DNA from: Sminthopsis crassicaudata
Taxonomy: Eukaryota
Direction of reading: 5' to 3'
NCBI RefSeq assembly: GCF_048593235.1
Contig: NC_133619.1
Span: 24,752,454-24,816,453 of the forward strand
DNA: 64,000 nt
The position numbers and the translations under genes are program-made. Shown here in pieces: positions 58,951 to 64,000 of this stretch (position 1 is its first letter; every line of letters starts with the position of its first letter). The notes below the pieces were generated by a model, which had not been told where the DNA came from, searched no databases, and worked only from the letters and a program-made list of their open reading frames with translations.

Positions 58951-61306
58951 GCATAGTAAATGGTATTTCCCCAACATTTTCAAGGCAGGCATCCTTTCTA
59001 GTTATCTACAGCTTTACATAGCATAGCTCATTTCACAGTAATCCCATCTGCACAACCTTTTAGACCCAGAGAACTGCCTGACATGCTAAGAGTTCACCAC
59101 TTAAGGCTGAACCCTTGGGGACAATGAGGACATGCCTGAATGTATTTTATAATGATTAACATAATTCCAAGCTGTCACATTCACCCCAAATCAATGATTC
59201 TGAACCTCCTGACCAAACTCCTTTTTCTAATGATGATTCCTTTATCCTATTCTCTCTCTACTCCCTGCCCCCAAACCTTACCCCAGCACCACCAGCAACA
59301 AGCCCCTGTTTCAAAGTTGTAATCTCAGGAATGCCTGCACCATGCCTAACAAAGACATTTTCATCTTAAATCTTTTCTCCTGATGACACAACTATTTCCA
59401 GGACTTGATTTCCACTCATATTCTCCAGCTCACTCATCATGGTAGAGTAGCTGGATTGCTCCTTCCTCCTACAGGACCACTTCCCATCTCTCCCTCTACC
59501 ACCATGATTCAATGACTCTTTGATGTTCATTCAACTGATATTTATAAGCCAATCAAAGTTCTTTAGTTTTTGCCTTTCTTTGTATCCCCAGTGCTAAAAA
59601 GTGCTTGGTACATAGTAGGCATTTAATAATAAATGCTAGATGATGGAATAGCAGGTACCTGAAATCCTTTTTGTCTTATGGGTGGCTTACTAGTCATTTG
59701 TATTTTTAGCAATCATTTTCTGAATAAAGAGAATTTAAATTTTATCATGAATTGGTGTTTTCACTACAAAAAGCATAATGGGTGAGGAGGTGAAACATAT
59801 GAATAATTAATTATACCCAGTTCAGCTTACTAGGAGACCACCCTCCTCCTTGTCAATTAATATGCTGCCTGAGAGTTAAAAATATTTTATGAATTTGAAT
59901 ATATAATCAGTATTAAGCTTGAAAGCTTTCTAGTTTACAGAGAAAAGAAGTCTGTGACCTTTGTCCCAAACTAAAATTTTTAAAAGGTAATCTCATTAAC
60001 TCCAAGCTGATATTTTTCTTTGTACCAGTGAACTTTGAGCATTCTCTACCCTGGAGGCAAGAGAAAGGAGAGAGAGGTGAAGCTGAGATGTGGAGAATAA
60101 GTCATGCTCTTTGCCTGGCCCCAGTACACAGAGGTAGCTATGGTCAGAGAGAATCATGTTTCCTCTCCTAAAGGGAGGGGCATGACAAGGGATCTTCACC
60201 CAAATTGCCCTCCATAAGAACATCTGCTGAGTTTCAAATTATTATTATTGCCCTTCCAATGGTGTTTGCAATGGCTTTCCTCACAGCAGTTTTGTGATAG
60301 GGGTATTATCACCTCCAATTTCAGAGGTACCTAGAGAGGAGATAGGTGGATATAAGCATAGTGGTTAGAGAGTTGACCTCAATGCCTAAAAGACAAGAGT
60401 TCAAATCTCATTTCTGACATGTACTAGATATTCGACCCCCAGGTAAATTATTGATTTAGGTAATTCTCTATGATTTGAAGTGCTTTGAAGATAGAATTCC
60501 AATCTGCATTAGTGGAGGAAGATGATTCTTCTGGGAGTTCCTTGTACTGTTGAAATCACAATTCCCAACTCTGTTACCCCATTTTATAAGTAAGAAAATT
60601 GAGCTGTAAATGGTTAAGCGATTTGTCCATAACCAAGTAGATTATCACAGAGGTAATATGGGATTCATAGCAAAATCTCCAGAATTTAAGTGACTTTGTC
60701 TTGAATTAATGAGGGAAAGGACTTCAGGGCTTCCTGCATGTCTGTTAGCAAGACAAGGGAACTATCTTATCTTTTAACTTATCTTTGTGACAGCCCTTGC
60801 TGCTTTTGCATTTGCATCCCCAGTGCTTCACCCATTTCTTAGCTCCTAGCAACCATTTAATAAATGCTTTTCATTCCCATGCAGTTGGTTAGCTTGCAAT
60901 GGTGGCAAGCTCTGGAACCAGAGTTCAGCTAAAATCGCGGTGGAAAAGAGAGAAACTAGACATAAAACTGCTTATGACAACTGGGGACATTGATCTTTTC
61001 CTGTTGGGGATTTGCTTTTAACTCTTTTATTACTTTTATAACCTCCTCTAAACATAATGAGATCAAAGGTTCGAAGATATAGCACTGGAAGGTACATCAG
61101 TGGTGATTTAGTTCAAACCCTCTAATTTTACATATAAAACTGAAGCCCAGGAAAAATAACTGGCTTGGTCAAAGTGACACAGGAATTATCAGAAATAGGA
61201 TTTGAGCTTGCAATCTCTTATTTCAGAGTCAGGCCTTTCTTCATTATAACAAGTATTATCAATTCAACTTAATAACTATGTATTAAGTATCTATCAAGGG
61301 TAGTAG

Positions 61307-61529
61307 CAGGAAGCTAGATGGTACAGAGTACCATACCTGGAGTCAGGAAGATTCATCTTCCTGAGTTCAAATCTATCCTCAAACGCTTAGTACCTGTATG
61401 ACCCTGTATGATTCTTTGCCTCAATTTCCCCATCTGTAAAATGAGCTAGAGAAGGAAATGGCAGACTAGTGCAGTATTTTTGCCAAGAAAACCCAAAGAA
61501 TTGGACGTGCCTGAGAGGACGGAACAAAA
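61307..61529 (+). mobile_element. MAR1-like CORE-SINE
   Basis: ggaagctagatggtacag head, ctcaatttccccatctgtaaaatgagctagagaaggaaatggc CORE-to-tail junction, gtatttttgccaagaaaacccaaa. Confidence 0.75.
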
Positions 61530-61689
61530 GGGTAGACTTGATTTGGTACTGAAATAGAAAGATATAAAAAGATTCCAAGCCTGCCTTCAGATGGTTTCCA
61601 TTCTAATGGAAGACATGGATGAATAAAACATAAATGACAATATAAGAATATATTAAGTACAAAGGTTAAATCTATACAGAGTATCAAGA

Positions 61690-62700
61690 AAATTCTGAGG
61701 CTACAACTTGTGTTATCTGAAAAATAATGGTATTATAAATAGTATAAAAAATAGGAAGAGGACAGAGATTTAGGGGAAAAGATGAAAAGTTCAGCTTTAA
61801 ACATGATGGTTTTGAGATCCCATTCCAATGGAATATTTGATTGAAAATACCCCCACCAAGCATATCTGGAGAGAGGTCAAGCCCTGAGATCTGGGTCAGG
61901 GATATATGAAGCAATTTTCTAAGAGGTGATCATTGAAGGGTTGAGAATGAATGAGATGACTAAAAGAAAAAAAAAAAAAAGAAAAAGAAATAGAATAGAA
62001 CCAAGGCCATACTTTTAGTATACAATTTTATCTAAGGGGGGGGGGTGGAGTAGATTTAGAATTAATGAAAGAAACAGAGAAGGACCAATTAGACAAGAAA
62101 AACCAACAATTCAAGTGTAGAATCATGGAAGCAAAAGGTGTACACTACATCAAGAAAAATGATAGTGCCAACAATGGCAAATGTTAAGCAAAATCAATGT
62201 AGATAAGAACCGAAAAAAAAATGATCAGGTTTGCTGGTAGGAAGAACAATTTTCATAAATTTGTGAAGCAAACAGCAGATTGAAAGATATTAAGGAGTAA
62301 ACAGGTAGCAGGCAGCAGAACCAGTAATTGTGTGCTACTCATTCTGGAAGTGTGGGAGTGAAGAACAGAGAAGAAATGGGATGATGGAATGGAATAAATA
62401 ATAGTGTGATGGGAAGATTTTTTTTTTTATAATTGACCTTAACTCATTTGCATGTAAAGGAGAAGGAGCTATTTGAGAGGTGAGAAAGCAAATGTTTGCT
62501 AAAGTGAAATGAATTAACTATTTTTTCTCAATAAAGGAATCTATCTCTAAAGTAGTTTGTAAATGTTTCTTCTTAAGGAGGTATAAAGGAGAATCATCAT
62601 AGAGAAATTTTGAGGAATAGCAGTAGCAAGTATGCCAGAAATTAGCTATTTAGCAGAATGTGATATACTCCATCTTCTCTGGGAATACAGTGAAAAAAAT
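61690..62700 (-). mobile_element. Decayed L2 LINE fragment
   Basis: gagttcagctttaaacatg-like, gtttgagatcccattcc and ccctgagatctggg motifs in a purine-rich tract typical of antisense L2. Confidence 0.45.
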
Positions 62701-64000
62701 ATTCATTTTTTGATTGGAAAAAAAATATAGCGTGAGGCTTTCATGCTGTTAGTAAGGAAAAACTGTGCATGCATGATTATAATGGTTTTTCTTTCTTCTG
62801 CCATAAAGATAAAATGGTTACAAAGATAGGAATGAAGAATCAGATATTAGTTTATTTGTTTGTTTTCCCTGCTGAATTTTTATTACATGATAGAGTGAGA
62901 ATTGGGAAGATAGATAGTGAAAAATAGATAAGATTGGAAAGATAGATAAGAGACCACTGGCTAAGCAAGAGAGACAAAAAAACCAAACCAAAACAAAAAA
63001 CAATTGAACAAAACTTGGCGATCACTAGCATCCATGAGAAGTTAATATTGTTTTTTACACTAAACTGGATTAATTCCCCAAATGAAGAACAAACCCAAGA
63101 AAAGGACAGACTTCCTATTAAACTAATTATTATCTATTATAAAGACCATATCAATTTAGTCCCATTAATATATTAGGAAATATGAAAAATAAAAAAGTTA
63201 TAGGTTTGTGAGAAAGATATAAAATTGTGCCTCCATATTTATTTCACTAACATCTTGCTCAGTATCTTATACTAACTCTCAATTCATTTTGGTCATTTTA
63301 TTTTTTTATTTTTATTTTTAAGAGTCACATTATATGTGGAATTATGTGCTTACTATTTTACAGAGGAAGGAGGGAGAGAGAAATATTTGGAACTCAAATT
63401 GTTATAGAAATTAATTTTTAAATTGTCTTTACAGGTAATTGGAAAAAATAAAATACCATTAAAAATAAATAAATAAGCAACATTACAAATGTTCAAAAAG
63501 GATGAAATAAAGGAAAGTCTGTTGCTCTCTTCTATAATAATAAAATGATGAATTTTTTATGAAGAAGTAGAGTATATTTCACATATGTCAGGTTACTTAT
63601 TAATCTAAGCAAGAAGGCTTTCAGTGGAATTTTGAAGGGAAGGGAAGGATAAAGCTCAAAATGCAAAATTACATTTGAAGCTGGTAATATTAAATATGCA
63701 TATAAAAGACATAAATAGCTTTCAGTAATTCTCATATAAAAAAACTAAGGAAGGCATATTACTGATGATTCAAGAAATATCAATGCTTAGAGTATAAATA
63801 ATGAAATGAACTTTATATTTCATCAACAATATACAATCAAATAGATTTCATTGAGATTTTATAGTGTTATAGTTTAATTGTATGATGACCAGCAAAAGAG
63901 TATATTCAAAAAACATCAGATAATATGGAAAAGTACAGAGAAGAGCATTACCAGTTAAGAATGGAAACACAGTGGAGAATATTTGAAGGAAGATAATAGG

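Noticed and set aside
1-64000. tRNA, rRNA, snRNA genes, NUMTs, CRISPR arrays, prokaryotic operons or horizontally acquired genes
   Set aside because: None seen. The tRNA-like A/B boxes all belong to SINE heads, and there are no long intact ORFs or repeat-spacer arrays.

Overview
Mammalian (marsupial) genomic DNA, AT-rich and CpG-depleted, with four N gaps. WSINE1-type SINEs, MAR1/MIR CORE-SINEs, BovB-like RTE, L1, L2 and CR1/L3 point to an Australian marsupial; a dasyurid such as the Tasmanian devil is my guess, not a demonstrated fact. Two minus-strand genes are recognisable from hand translation. (1) The last three coding exons of SERPINI2 (pancpin): 56017-56103, 51029-51118 and 47722-47798. 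They have canonical splice sites, compatible phases, an intact reactive-centre loop and a polyA signal at 47583-47588. (2) The 5' end of ZBBX: a CpG-island promoter at about 9980-10480 with three RFX X-box-like motifs, and the first coding exon at 1005-1072 (MNTNDFIVLPWGKTGNSVKLKA). This order matches the human SERPINI2-ZBBX arrangement as I recall it. The roughly 37 kb between the genes is mostly transposon debris, including a nested L1/SINE/solo-LTR/ERV cluster with a decayed class I integrase. I found no convincing new biological system. The best leads are a diverged duplication carrying two strong 3' splice sites in the ZBBX 5' UTR intron, a roughly 190-bp inverted duplication of complex purine-rich sequence, the X-box triad, a HERV-I-like integrase remnant, an orphan 60-nt exon-like segment, and a short templated local copy. 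Nearly all ORFs in the supplied track are spurious (repeats, low complexity, N runs or GC-rich promoter). Family names come from recalled consensus sequences, not database searches.
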